This document shows positions 28,573 to 37,701 of a stretch of 64,000 nt of DNA, one piece after another (the stretch's first letter is position 1; each line of letters opens with the position of its first letter). This DNA comes from Leptonemataceae bacterium. Lineage in GTDB: Bacteria; Spirochaetota; Leptospiria; Leptospirales; Leptonemataceae. The notes under the pieces were generated by a model, which worked only from the letters and a program-made list of their open reading frames with translations, was not told the origin of the DNA and ran no database searches. A program made the translations under genes and the position numbers. Where the stretch lies: positions 736,001 to 800,000 of the forward strand of contig OZ245742.1 of assembly GCA_965227295.1 (NCBI GenBank), in the 5' to 3' direction.

Positions 28573-30917
28573 GTCGAGTAGGGTCAGCCCGTCACCGGGC
28601 CAACCCCCTCTAAGAACCGTACGTGCGAGTTTCCCCGCATACGGCTCAAGCAGTTCCCGCCTTACGATTCGCATGAATCTGCTGATGGCAGAAGAGATGT
28701 ACAAGTTGAAGATTCAGGATGTGGCGTTCACCACCCTGCGAGAGCGGAACCTTGTGATGGATGTGCAGCTTTTCGCCGTTCTCCAGATCCGCGGCACAGA
28801 GCGGGCAAAGACCTTTCTGAATCATTGCGAGGGTACGATGATAGGGACGATCCATTTCCTTCACGGCCTTCAGGCGACGTTTTTCCCAGTATGATCTCAA
28901 ATCGGGATCATCGGGCGAAGCGTCACCACGCACCATAATGTGCGGTCGTTTTTTCACCCACGAGAGTTTTCTCAGTAAACGGAGTTTCCCTCGCGATGGA
29001 TCAACGGTCGCGAACACCCAATGGTCAGAGCGTTCCGGATGGTGTCTTCCCCAATAGCGGGCTTTGGTCCAGCGTTTTCCCTTGTTGGAGTGTCGTCGGC
29101 GAGCCCAACGCCAGAGGCGATGCCAGCAGAAGTGATCGACGCGTGCGAACACCTTGCTTGACGCACAGTGACGATAGTAATTTGCCCAGCCAATGAGCAC
29201 GGGATTCAAAGCGTCGATCAGGGCGAGTTGGGGCGCGCCCTGGTATTGCCTGACAAGATCGCGAACGCGATCTCGCAGGCGACGCTCGTTGTCCCGGGAG
29301 GGACGAATGAGAAGTTTCCGACCTTCGCGTGGATTGCGAAACATGGGATTCTTCGTCATTCGTTTCGTTCCCGATGCTTCCACCTGTTGGAGATGGAAAC
29401 CCAGGAATTCGAAACCGTCGCTGGCGTGAACAATCCGGGTTTTAGATTCCGATAATCGCAACCCGCGCCTGGAAAGCCAGTTCCCGAGCAACGGCAGTAA
29501 CGCTTCCGCTTCGCTACGTGATCGGCAGAAGACCAGAAAGTCATCGGCGTAACGCACGAAGCGGTTGTTCGGAACGAACTCCTGCATACCATCGAGGGCG
29601 ATATTGGCGAGCAAAGGAGAGATAACTCCCCCCTGAGGAGTACCGGATTCAGAATCCGAGAACACTTCGTTCTCAACCACTCCCGCCTTGAGCCATTGTT
29701 TGATCAGCTCGTATGCGGGGAATCGGTGAAGTTTGCGAAGCAGGAATTCATGGGAGATGCGGTCAAAGGCGCTTTCAATGTCGGCGTCAATGACCCACGG
29801 TGTGCGCGATGCTCCGCAGACCTGACGGAAGATCGTTTCGATAGCATCGTGAGCACTCCGGCCCGGACGAAATCCGTAGGATCGAGACTCGAATCGAGCT
29901 TCCCATTGAGGTTCCAACGCGTTTTTGACCATGGCCTGCATGGCCCGGTCCTGAATCGTTGGAATTCCCAGGGGTCTTTGTTTGCCGTTCGCTTTCGGGA
30001 TGTAGATTCTTCGTACCGGGGACGCCTTCCAGGGCTCGTGCAGAGCCAGGAAGTCAACCAGCTTTCCCCTCGCGGCCGGTGTCTTCAGGACGAGACCATC
30101 GACACCCGGCGTGAACTTGCCACGATTCTTCTGCGTCACCTGCCGCACGGCAAGCAGCCGATTGGAAAAGCTCCGCAGCATCAGTTTCTGCAGGGAGCGT
30201 ACTTTGCGCACGTTGCCCTGTCTTTCGGCTCTGAATATTCGTTGCCGCAGACGACGTACTTCTTTCATGGCCCTCTGCCAGTCGACAGAGTTCCAGTCCG
30301 TAGCGGACGCGTAATTCTCATCGCACGATGGTACGATGCCAGTCTCCGCATTTTCCTGAGTCGTCATTGCAAGTGTATTCAGTGAACTACCCTGTCGAAG
30401 TGGGCACCCTTTCGAGTTGATCAAAAGATCTATTCGGCCGGTTATGATTTCCCGTTGCCTTTCGGCTGCCGACGTTCGCTTATTCGACAATCCCATACCC
30501 GCTGAGGAGTCCGGCCTTGTTTACACTCAGCTTGCCGGACATCGGTCCGGACCCCAACGGGCTTACCACGTTCCGCAGGTTGAAGATACGACGGGACAGG
30601 CACCCAATATACCCCGGCGGCTGAGGTGGCTGCACCCGTGTGGTAGTATCACGGGTTCTCCTGTGCCGCGTTTCCTGGCATTCACCTCTGATCCAGGCGG
30701 TTTTTTACGAAGGCTTACTCGGGTTCACTTACGTTTGCCATACCGTCTTTTCCGGTTGCCGGATCCAATGGAGGTTCATCGCGTCCGTTGCAACATCCCG
30801 GCAGCTTCGCACAGTCCGTTACCGTTCTGCGCGTGCCGGGCGGAAATGGAGCCAGCCACAGGCTCATCAGGTCAGTGTTCCACCTCCTGAACTTCTTCCA
30901 GCGACTTCGTGTCGCAC
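28573..30917 (-). mobile_element. Group II intron (IIB-like) with RT/maturase-HNH ORF
   Basis: Minus strand begins GTGCGACACG at 30917; domain V GAGCCGTATGCGGGGAAACTCGCACGTACGGTTC at ~28614-28647; domain VI ending CCTACTCGAC at 28573. Confidence 0.93.
28646..30367 (-). CDS. ltrA: Group II intron reverse transcriptase/maturase with C-terminal HNH endonuclease
   Basis: RPLGIPTIQDR, YGFRPGRS, GTPQGGVISPLLANI, RYADD, GWANYY, CPLC...HIHH...NLQLVHLFCHQQIH; start taken at MTTQE. Confidence 0.95.
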   Translation of the reverse strand: MTTQENAETGIVPSCDENYASATDWNSVDWQRAMKEVRRLRQRIFRAERQGNVRKVRSLQKLMLRSFSNRLLAVRQVTQKNRGKFTPGVDGLVLKTPAARGKLVDFLALHEPWKASPVRRIYIPKANGKQRPLGIPTIQDRAMQAMVKNALEPQWEARFESRSYGFRPGRSAHDAIETIFRQVCGASRTPWVIDADIESAFDRISHEFLLRKLHRFPAYELIKQWLKAGVVENEVFSDSESGTPQGGVISPLLANIALDGMQEFVPNNRFVRYADDFLVFCRSRSEAEALLPLLGNWLSRRGLRLSESKTRIVHASDGFEFLGFHLQQVEASGTKRMTKNPMFRNPREGRKLLIRPSRDNERRLRDRVRDLVRQYQGAPQLALIDALNPVLIGWANYYRHCASSKVFARVDHFCWHRLWRWARRRHSNKGKRWTKARYWGRHHPERSDHWVFATVDPSRGKLRLLRKLSWVKKRPHIMVRGDASPDDPDLRSYWEKRRLKAVKEMDRPYHRTLAMIQKGLCPLCAADLENGEKLHIHHKVPLSQGGERHILNLQLVHLFCHQQIHANRKAGTA

Positions 30918-31001
30918 ACTCCTGAATAACCCATCCGAACAACTCCGGTCCGCTCAGAAAAAGGTTTACCATTCCAATCGGTACGTATAATCTAAGCCAC
31001 C

Positions 31002-32012
31002 GTGGCCACTGCTCCAAAAGGCTACCGATCTCTACTTAACGAGATCGGCAAAATTCATTCGCAGGCAACCCAGGCTTCTCGTTCCGAGATGAACCGGGCC
31101 ATTCTCACTGCACGCCTGGAGATTGGCCGCATGATCGTAGAAGCGGAACAGGGCGGCGAAAGCCGGGCCGGTTACGGCACACGACTGATAGAACGACTCG
31201 CCGAAGATCTGAAAACACGTCTCGGCCCGGGCTACAGTGAACGCAATCTCGGCCAGATGCGTAAGTTCTACAACACGTATGACCACTCCAAACTCAACTA
31301 CAACCTTGGCTGGGCGCACTATCGCGAGTTGCTTCGCGTGCAGGATGACCGGGCAAGAGCACGCATTGAAAAGCAAGCCGCGACGAATGGTCTCAGCGTT
31401 CTTGAAGTGATCGCGCTGGTGCAGGCGGAACGCAGCTCAACGCAAGATCGAATTGATGAACTGCTACGACGTCCAAACGGACGACTGTACTCGTACCGTG
31501 TGAAACGCGAACTGGGCGACTACACAACGAGGAAACCGCTGCTGGACCTCGGCTTCTCGACGTACTTGCCGCTACCTGAAAATTCTCCACATGATGCGGC
31601 TGTGATTCACTCCACTCAAACCTCAAAAGGCTATGTTTTTGAAGTCGGCAGCGAAGAAGACCTGTATCTGTATCGCGCTCAGGTTCGGGACGTAATCGAT
31701 GGCGATACCTTACTTGTTTACGTGGACGCCGGGTTCGGTGTGATTTCAAAACAAAAGATACGGCTACGTAATATAGATGCGCCCGAGTTAACGACGGAAC
31801 GCGGGCGGGACGTAAAAGCCGCTACAGAAAAACGCCTGAGAGGTGTTCCCTTCGTATTGATTCGAACAAGAGCGACGGATATGTACGACCGTTATTTGGC
31901 GGACGTAGTGCTGGGTTCAGGCGATAAAAATGTCGATAATATACTGGAAACGGGAGTTCACCTGAATCGCTGGTTGGTGGAGGAAGGTCTCGCCGTAGCA
32001 GTCGGTCGGTGA
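31002..32012 (+). CDS. DUF1016 (YhcG) N-terminal domain fused to staphylococcal-nuclease-like domain
   Basis: EIGRMIVEAEQGG..RAGYG...GYSERNLGQMRKFY...LGWAHY; C-terminal VIDGDT, IRLRNIDAPE, DMYDRYLA, LNRWLVEEGLA. Confidence 0.85.
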   Translation: MATAPKGYRSLLNEIGKIHSQATQASRSEMNRAILTARLEIGRMIVEAEQGGESRAGYGTRLIERLAEDLKTRLGPGYSERNLGQMRKFYNTYDHSKLNYNLGWAHYRELLRVQDDRARARIEKQAATNGLSVLEVIALVQAERSSTQDRIDELLRRPNGRLYSYRVKRELGDYTTRKPLLDLGFSTYLPLPENSPHDAAVIHSTQTSKGYVFEVGSEEDLYLYRAQVRDVIDGDTLLVYVDAGFGVISKQKIRLRNIDAPELTTERGRDVKAATEKRLRGVPFVLIRTRATDMYDRYLADVVLGSGDKNVDNILETGVHLNRWLVEEGLAVAVGR

Positions 32013-32206
32013 TTGTAGTTGCAAACGTAGATTGCGTATTGCATACTTGCTGAAATGTGCTCAACAGGCACGCCGAAATATCTGCTGCAATGGCAGCGTT
32101 TCGGATGAGATCAGAGGATCTTTAACAGGCACGCAGTGATAGTCTGAACGGACTCATTGCGGCGAGATAGGTTGGCAGAGCTTAGTCTCTGCCGAAGCGA
32201 TATGCT

Positions 32207-32232
32207 GAATTCCGCACACGTGTGCGGAATTC
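32207..32232. other. Perfect 26-bp palindrome GAATTCCGCACACGTGTGCGGAATTC
   Basis: Read directly; self-complementary with no loop. Confidence 0.9.
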
Positions 32233-32286
32233 GCGCTCCGGACTACGGGGCCGTTCGGTTCGTTGCAACTAACGTTGGATTCGCGA

Positions 32287-32406
32287 GCGTTAGGGATGCG
32301 GAGGGTCGCGAAGCGAGTCTTCGCGCAGCGAAGACCGAAGCCGAAGGCGGAGCCCGTAGCAGCCCGACGGCCGGCGCCTGGGCCTGGCGCCGGCCGGAAC
32401 GCCCAA
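32287..32406 (+). repeat. Dispersed structured repeat (Flavo-1-like), forward copy
   Basis: GCGTTAGGGATGCGGAGGG...GAGCCCGTAGCAGCCCGAC-hairpin-GAACGCCCAA. Confidence 0.7.
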
Positions 32407-32462
32407 GGGAAAAAATCACGGCTCACATCACAGCCGGCGTTACGTTCCAGGAGCACCAGGGC

Positions 32463-34667
32463 ATGGGTGCATACGCCGGTGCGAATGTCGGCTTCGACGG
32501 CTTTGGACTCAGTGGTGGATTCAGCTATGATCCGGGCAACGGCCTCGGTGTGAATGCGGGCCTGGATCTTGGCGGCGGCAATGGCCGCTCCGGACTCGGC
32601 CTTACGATTTCCGGCAGTCAGCGTGGTGGCACTACGATGGGCCTGTCGTACTCTCGCACGAATGCAACGGGAACGCAGAGTGGCAGCCTGGGTATCTTTC
32701 ACAATAACTTAGCGGGAGTGGGACTTAACGCGAGCGTGACCGGTTACGGACGTCAGTACGGGGACGGTTCGCGCTTTGGCGCGACGAGCGGATTGACGCA
32801 CTGGATAGAATCGGGCGCGACTTCGGCGGACATCGGCCTGCTTTACAAACCGCCGGAACTGGTGGGCGAAGCGAGCAATCCAGGCGATCCCGTGGACACT
32901 CCGCGCGAGAAGGGCCTTCTCGATATTCTGCTTGCGAGCAGTGAAGCCACACGGCGGCGCATGGAAGGCGCGTGGAACAATCTTTTCGGCAGCGGTGCTC
33001 AAACCAGTGCGACGGGTCTTGCTTCGAGTAGCGCCGCCGCTGCCGCTGCAGATGCGGTGGCCGCGGATCAGAAGAAAAACATTACGCAAAACGACGCCAC
33101 GGACTGGTTGTTCGCAGCATTGCAGGCGAGTGGTCTGATTGAAGGCACAAACGCGGAGCGCGAAGCGATCGGCGAGATGATGTACAAAGATGCGAACGAC
33201 AAAGGTTTCGTGTCCGCCGCGGATATGCAACAGGTGTTGCTCGATGCGAACGGCGGCGACCCGCTGAATATTCCGGAAGGCGCTCTCGAAGCGGCTTACG
33301 TTGCAGAGATGCAACGTTACGAGGGTGTGCTCAAAGCGCGTCGCGAGAAGTTCGACGGCCTGTCGCAGAAGCTCTTCGGCATGAGCATCGATGAACTGCA
33401 ATCCGCGCAGCCGGGTGACTTTGCCGGCGAGACGTTGCTTGTGCGTGATGTGTTGATCCAGCAGGGCGTGGGTGCGTATGATTCAATGGCCGGCACGAAT
33501 CACAGTGCGAACTTGCAGAACGCTTATAACCAGGCGGGTTTGATCGGTTATGATCGCGTAACGACGCAGGCGTATAACTCGGCCGCGGCCGGGTTGAGCA
33601 ATAGCGCGAGCAATGCGTATCAGTTCTTTGCGGACAACGGTCTGGATTCCGTGCCGCTGCTGCACGCAATGGCCGCACGGGGCGCCGGCGAGTTCGCTTA
33701 CAATGCCGGTTCACAGATGGTAACTGATACTCAGAAGTACTTTGCGAATATGGGCACGGCCTACAGCGGCATGAGCGGCTGGCAGGCCGCCACCTCAACA
33801 GTAGCCGGCGTGAACCAGTGGGCTTACAATACGTCCATGGAAATGGTCATCGCCGGTATGACCGGTGTGTTTATGCCGCTTACGTTGATGGGTCTGAAGA
33901 TGGGCAACGTGAACTTCTTCGATGCGATGGGCGGCCGTGATGCCTTCAAGCGGGACTTCGTGGGACCGATGTCCGCGGAACAGGATGCGTACTGGAATAC
34001 GTGGAGCGACGGTACGGATGCGGCGACGGAGTTCGGCGCGGATCTGTTCGCCGGTGGCGGTGGTGTTGCGAAGAGTGGGGGGAAGAATGCGCTCAGTCGG
34101 ATTGTGAATCGGGTTTCGTCGCAGGCGAAAGGCATGTTCCGTTCCTCTGGCTGGAATAAAGCAGTCGCAGATCTTGCAGATGATATCTGGGACGCAGGAC
34201 GACTATCGGGAATCGATGGGCGGCCTGTTAGAGATGTCGGCGCCCACCCACTAGCTGGATGGACACCACAACAAATTGTGGCCCATGTGAAGGCTCTAGG
34301 ACTCAAAATTCCGCGTGATTCAACAGTTCTGTGGTCTGGTCTGGGCCGAGGCGGCGTTGCTCGATCGCAGGCATATGCGAAAGCCAACGGTGGCATGACT
34401 TTAGAAATGACTCCCGGAGGCCAGTGGCTTGACAGCATGGATCTCTTTGGAAAAAACTCGCCAATGACACCAGCCGAAGCAATCAAAGTTTGGGCCGAGG
34501 TCTCTCGCTCAATGGCTAATCAAGCCAGCGGTCATGTGAGAGCGGTGCTGGGGAGTATCCGACCAACCAGCGTTTATCGCAATATTGAGCTCCCGGAACT
34601 GGCAGCGAATCCCAATGTTATCGGCATAGAGGAAATTTTTCTTAAGCCTAAAATAGGATTAAAATAG
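32463..34667 (+). CDS. Orphan polymorphic toxin C-terminal module with ADP-ribosyl-cyclase-like (Tox-ARC) tip
   Basis: Starts in Gly-rich repeats resembling the giant protein; tip has LWSG...TLEMT...W...S..MA..ASG.V...S....IELPEL; AGGAG at 32449 precedes ATG 32463; homology begins ~32415. Confidence 0.75.
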   Translation: MGAYAGANVGFDGFGLSGGFSYDPGNGLGVNAGLDLGGGNGRSGLGLTISGSQRGGTTMGLSYSRTNATGTQSGSLGIFHNNLAGVGLNASVTGYGRQYGDGSRFGATSGLTHWIESGATSADIGLLYKPPELVGEASNPGDPVDTPREKGLLDILLASSEATRRRMEGAWNNLFGSGAQTSATGLASSSAAAAAADAVAADQKKNITQNDATDWLFAALQASGLIEGTNAEREAIGEMMYKDANDKGFVSAADMQQVLLDANGGDPLNIPEGALEAAYVAEMQRYEGVLKARREKFDGLSQKLFGMSIDELQSAQPGDFAGETLLVRDVLIQQGVGAYDSMAGTNHSANLQNAYNQAGLIGYDRVTTQAYNSAAAGLSNSASNAYQFFADNGLDSVPLLHAMAARGAGEFAYNAGSQMVTDTQKYFANMGTAYSGMSGWQAATSTVAGVNQWAYNTSMEMVIAGMTGVFMPLTLMGLKMGNVNFFDAMGGRDAFKRDFVGPMSAEQDAYWNTWSDGTDAATEFGADLFAGGGGVAKSGGKNALSRIVNRVSSQAKGMFRSSGWNKAVADLADDIWDAGRLSGIDGRPVRDVGAHPLAGWTPQQIVAHVKALGLKIPRDSTVLWSGLGRGGVARSQAYAKANGGMTLEMTPGGQWLDSMDLFGKNSPMTPAEAIKVWAEVSRSMANQASGHVRAVLGSIRPTSVYRNIELPELAANPNVIGIEEIFLKPKIGLK

Positions 34668-34682
34668 CAGCGAGGTTTGAAC

Positions 34683-34973
34683 ATGTTCAAGCGACTTAAT
34701 AATCAAGGAGTACGGAGTGAGAGAGGATTCATTGTTCAAGTTAAAGATCGCTTCACAGTCGAATACAGTGAAGGATCGCGCAGGATGGATATAGAGGTTG
34801 AATTCGGCATTTTGGCAAACGGCAATCCTTGTGTGAACATCGATCGCTCTGCCACGTCCAGATGGAACGGACACAGCACGGACATACCAATAAGTGAACA
34901 AGATCGAATCAGGGAGAATTTTATAGATGCAATGAAGTACATGGATCTAACAACCGTAGTCTATGGTAACTGA
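34683..34973 (+). CDS. Putative immunity protein, Imm74-like
   Basis: Directly follows the ARC-like tip with GAGG RBS; VEYSEG...I....RW......I...EQDRIRENFIDAM pattern. Confidence 0.65.
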   Translation: MFKRLNNQGVRSERGFIVQVKDRFTVEYSEGSRRMDIEVEFGILANGNPCVNIDRSATSRWNGHSTDIPISEQDRIRENFIDAMKYMDLTTVVYGN

Positions 34974-35149
34974 AACGAAAATCAAGCACATTTGCCTGTC
35001 TATGACTCGCCAGACAAGCCTTTCGCTCTCTGCAAACATTCGCTTAACTTCCCCGCCAAGGAGAATCTTACAGTAGTTTTGGAATTTTAGTATATTACTA
35101 TTGTTTAATACGAAAATTGACTCGCTACCCTTTCATTGAATCAAACCTG

Positions 35150-35533
35150 CTACTCGTTTCCACAATCCAGCCTCTTCTCCAGAACAACGAACGCTTCCGC
35201 CTGATGCAAATTTTCAAAGATCCAACCAAGCAGTGACTCCAAATCAAGCTTATCGGGGCCTGAATGCCGCCCGTGATTGCCTTGCGAAACGTAAAGGCCG
35301 TCACCACGTTTCGTGACAAAGCAATACAGACCGGCTTCGTCAACGAACGTACTACCTGATCGAAACTTGAAGAAACTCAGTTCCCAGCCAGAGGGCATGC
35401 ATTGGAGCACAGTCCGGACTGCTTCCCTTGTAAGGCTCGCCGGCAGTAGATGAATTCGTTCAACGCTCTCATAGTGCCTTACGTGGGGTAGAGCGGACTC
35501 AGGTATCCACTCAGGCAATGCGGTGCGCTCCAT
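35150..35533 (-). CDS. Hypothetical protein (low-GC island)
   Basis: ORF from MERTALPEW; GNHG motif; no family recognised. Confidence 0.45.
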   Translation of the reverse strand: MERTALPEWIPESALPHVRHYESVERIHLLPASLTREAVRTVLQCMPSGWELSFFKFRSGSTFVDEAGLYCFVTKRGDGLYVSQGNHGRHSGPDKLDLESLLGWIFENLHQAEAFVVLEKRLDCGNE

Positions 35534-35747
35534 TCTATTTTTAGTAAGGATGAAACCATCAAAGCGCAAGTAAGTTATTGAAGACTGGCTGCAAACTCGT
35601 GCAATACTCTTCTCGCACGCACCCGGCGGCAGACCACCAACAGGAGGACAAACAACGCCAAAAACCGCCATCCGCAGGACATATCCTGCCTGCGAATTCC
35701 ACAAAATCACTGGCGCCCTTAACGGTAGTCCTGATTCCATTCATCGA

Positions 35748-36026
35748 ATGCCCTTTGGAAGCCGGATTACATACCACAACTCCAGTCGGCCAGTGCAAAC
35801 CGGCGATCGCGTGCGTATCAGGCGCCGCCTGCTACCGGATTTATTTTGCGAAGTCACGCATGTATATGATCCCGGCCTGCCATCGTTAATGAAAGGCGAA
35901 AATGAATTCGGCTTTACGCTCAAGCTACCGAACGGCACATACAGATGGTATGGATCTCAGCCTCCGAAAGAAGTGATTCTTATGGAAAAGCCCGGCTTAT
36001 TCGCCTCCAATCGAGCATCGCCATAA
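35748..36026 (+). CDS. Hypothetical small protein
   Basis: 92-aa ORF with VQTGDRV beta-type start; low-GC context. Confidence 0.5.
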   Translation: MPFGSRITYHNSSRPVQTGDRVRIRRRLLPDLFCEVTHVYDPGLPSLMKGENEFGFTLKLPNGTYRWYGSQPPKEVILMEKPGLFASNRASP

Positions 36027-36052
36027 TTGATCCTTCGTACTGATCGTAAGAA

Positions 36053-36385
36053 ATGCAATCTTCCGAGAATCCTCAGAATCTCACTCCGCAACTCGCCACC
36101 CTTCGCGCCCATCTTGTATTCATCCGAAGTATAATGATAACGGAATCCGAAACGAACTGGATTCCGGGCATTGAAACACTTCTCGGAGAGATCGATGCAG
36201 TCGGTGTTGAGCTCACCGATAAAGAGGCGCTCAATAATTTAAAAGATACTTACGCTGCAATGACCCGTGGAAAAGAGAGTTTCGCGGAATTCTTTCTCTG
36301 GAGCGAGGACTTTGAGGAACGCAAGGCACTGAATGAAGTCCTGGAGTATCATGTGGGCTATCTCAATCGAATACTCAAAAGGTGA
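36053..36385 (+). CDS. Hypothetical small helical protein (possible orphan immunity)
   Basis: ETNW...YAAM..GKESFAEFFLW....ERKALN pattern; TGA overlaps next GTG. Confidence 0.6.
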   Translation: MQSSENPQNLTPQLATLRAHLVFIRSIMITESETNWIPGIETLLGEIDAVGVELTDKEALNNLKDTYAAMTRGKESFAEFFLWSEDFEERKALNEVLEYHVGYLNRILKR

Positions 36386-36822
36386 CGCCTTTGCTGCAAT
36401 CTCAAGGGTCCCCTCCCCCTCCCATCACCCGCTCCGGTCGCATCCTTGTCTCGCCCGGATTCACCATCGGCCCGGAACTCACGCGCACACTCTTCCTGCA
36501 AGTCATGCCCCAGGCTGAACCTTTCGTGATCAACGGCAAGCATCACAGTTACAAGATCGAACTACGATGGCAGCAACCGTATATCGGCGTCCTGTTCTTC
36601 ACGGAAGAGAAGCTGAAGTTCATCACGCTCGGTCCGGACCTGGCGGACGAAGAACTGAGCTACGAATCTGCCATGCGCGAACGCGCCATCAATGATCGCA
36701 TGCTGAACGAGTGGTTCGGCAAACGCAACTGGCATCGCTCGCGTCGATATCGCTGGGGACGCATCGTCTCGTCCTTCGACCCCCGCAGCCTCCAATCATC
36801 CATCATCCTCACGTACCGCTAA
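36382..36822 (+). CDS. Hypothetical protein (possible orphan immunity)
   Basis: Coupled start (GTGA); C-terminal YRWGRIVSSFDPRS..SSIILTY. Confidence 0.6.
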   Translation: MTPLLQSQGSPPPPITRSGRILVSPGFTIGPELTRTLFLQVMPQAEPFVINGKHHSYKIELRWQQPYIGVLFFTEEKLKFITLGPDLADEELSYESAMRERAINDRMLNEWFGKRNWHRSRRYRWGRIVSSFDPRSLQSSIILTYR

Positions 36823-36864
36823 AAAACCACTTCCCGTACCACTCCCCCCTGCCCAACATAACCC

Positions 36865-37680
36865 ATGCGCCCGCTCGCCATCCAGCGCACCCGACACATA
36901 CGCAACATCCTGCGCGCCAGTGTCGCGGCGCTCTTCGTATACCACGGCCTCGGCGGCGGCGCCTACGGATTCGCGGGGGCCGGGCCGTACACGCACATCG
37001 GCATCACCACGGAAGCGCTGGATCGCTACGCCGTGGAGTCCGGGAACAGTGTCGCGCTCTACTGCGCGGAAATCTTACTCCAGGCGTCGGTGGTCTCGGA
37101 CAACGCGAACAACATGCCGCAGTTCACCTATCACTGCGACAACAACGACCTGGCCGGCTGTTCGTATCGCCTGGATCAATTCAAGGGCGAGGCGAACAAG
37201 GCCACGAGCCGTGAGGAAAGTCTCATCAAGATGGGACAGGCCCTGCACATCGTGCAGGATTTCTACTCGCATTCGAACTGGGTGGAGATCTTCGGCTTTA
37301 CGATGATCCGGGCGCCCCTCGAACAATTCAAGGACCTGCGCCCGCCGCCGGACATCCAGTCCGGGAACTTTCCGGACATCTTCCCCGACTTCCAGGCGCA
37401 GTTCGCGTGTTACCTGGTGCCCGAGGAACAGTGGGGCACCTACATCTACGGGGCCACCCACGGCTGCATGAACAAGGACTCCAACCAGACCTTTCGCGGC
37501 GGGCGAATCTATCCCAACAGCGGCCTCACCTATCACCAGCTCGCCGGCATGTACGCCGTGAATCACAGCGTGGAGTTACTCAAGTACTACGGGCGCAAGA
37601 ACCCCTGGTTCAAAACGTGCTTTTTGCCGCGCTCCCTCACCGGCGGCTGCAACAAACGAGTGCTTGACTGGGTACACTAA
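36865..37680 (+). CDS. Secreted HET-C/phospholipase C-P1-nuclease-like metalloprotein
   Basis: Signal-like N-terminus; H...HCDN...GQALHIVQDFYSHSNW...HG.MNKD motifs. Confidence 0.7.
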   Translation: MRPLAIQRTRHIRNILRASVAALFVYHGLGGGAYGFAGAGPYTHIGITTEALDRYAVESGNSVALYCAEILLQASVVSDNANNMPQFTYHCDNNDLAGCSYRLDQFKGEANKATSREESLIKMGQALHIVQDFYSHSNWVEIFGFTMIRAPLEQFKDLRPPPDIQSGNFPDIFPDFQAQFACYLVPEEQWGTYIYGATHGCMNKDSNQTFRGGRIYPNSGLTYHQLAGMYAVNHSVELLKYYGRKNPWFKTCFLPRSLTGGCNKRVLDWVH

Positions 37681-37701
37681 GCCGTCAGCCTGAGCCCTCC
37701 C

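Noticed and set aside
28646-30496. RT as a retron, DGR or CRISPR-associated RT
   Set aside because: It has maturase and HNH domains and lies within clear group II intron ends; it is 14 kb from the CRISPR locus, and no template/variable repeat pair was seen
32157-32414. N-terminal 86 aa of the 836-aa ORF
   Set aside because: Runs through a palindrome and a dispersed repeat; homology to the giant protein starts only at ~32415
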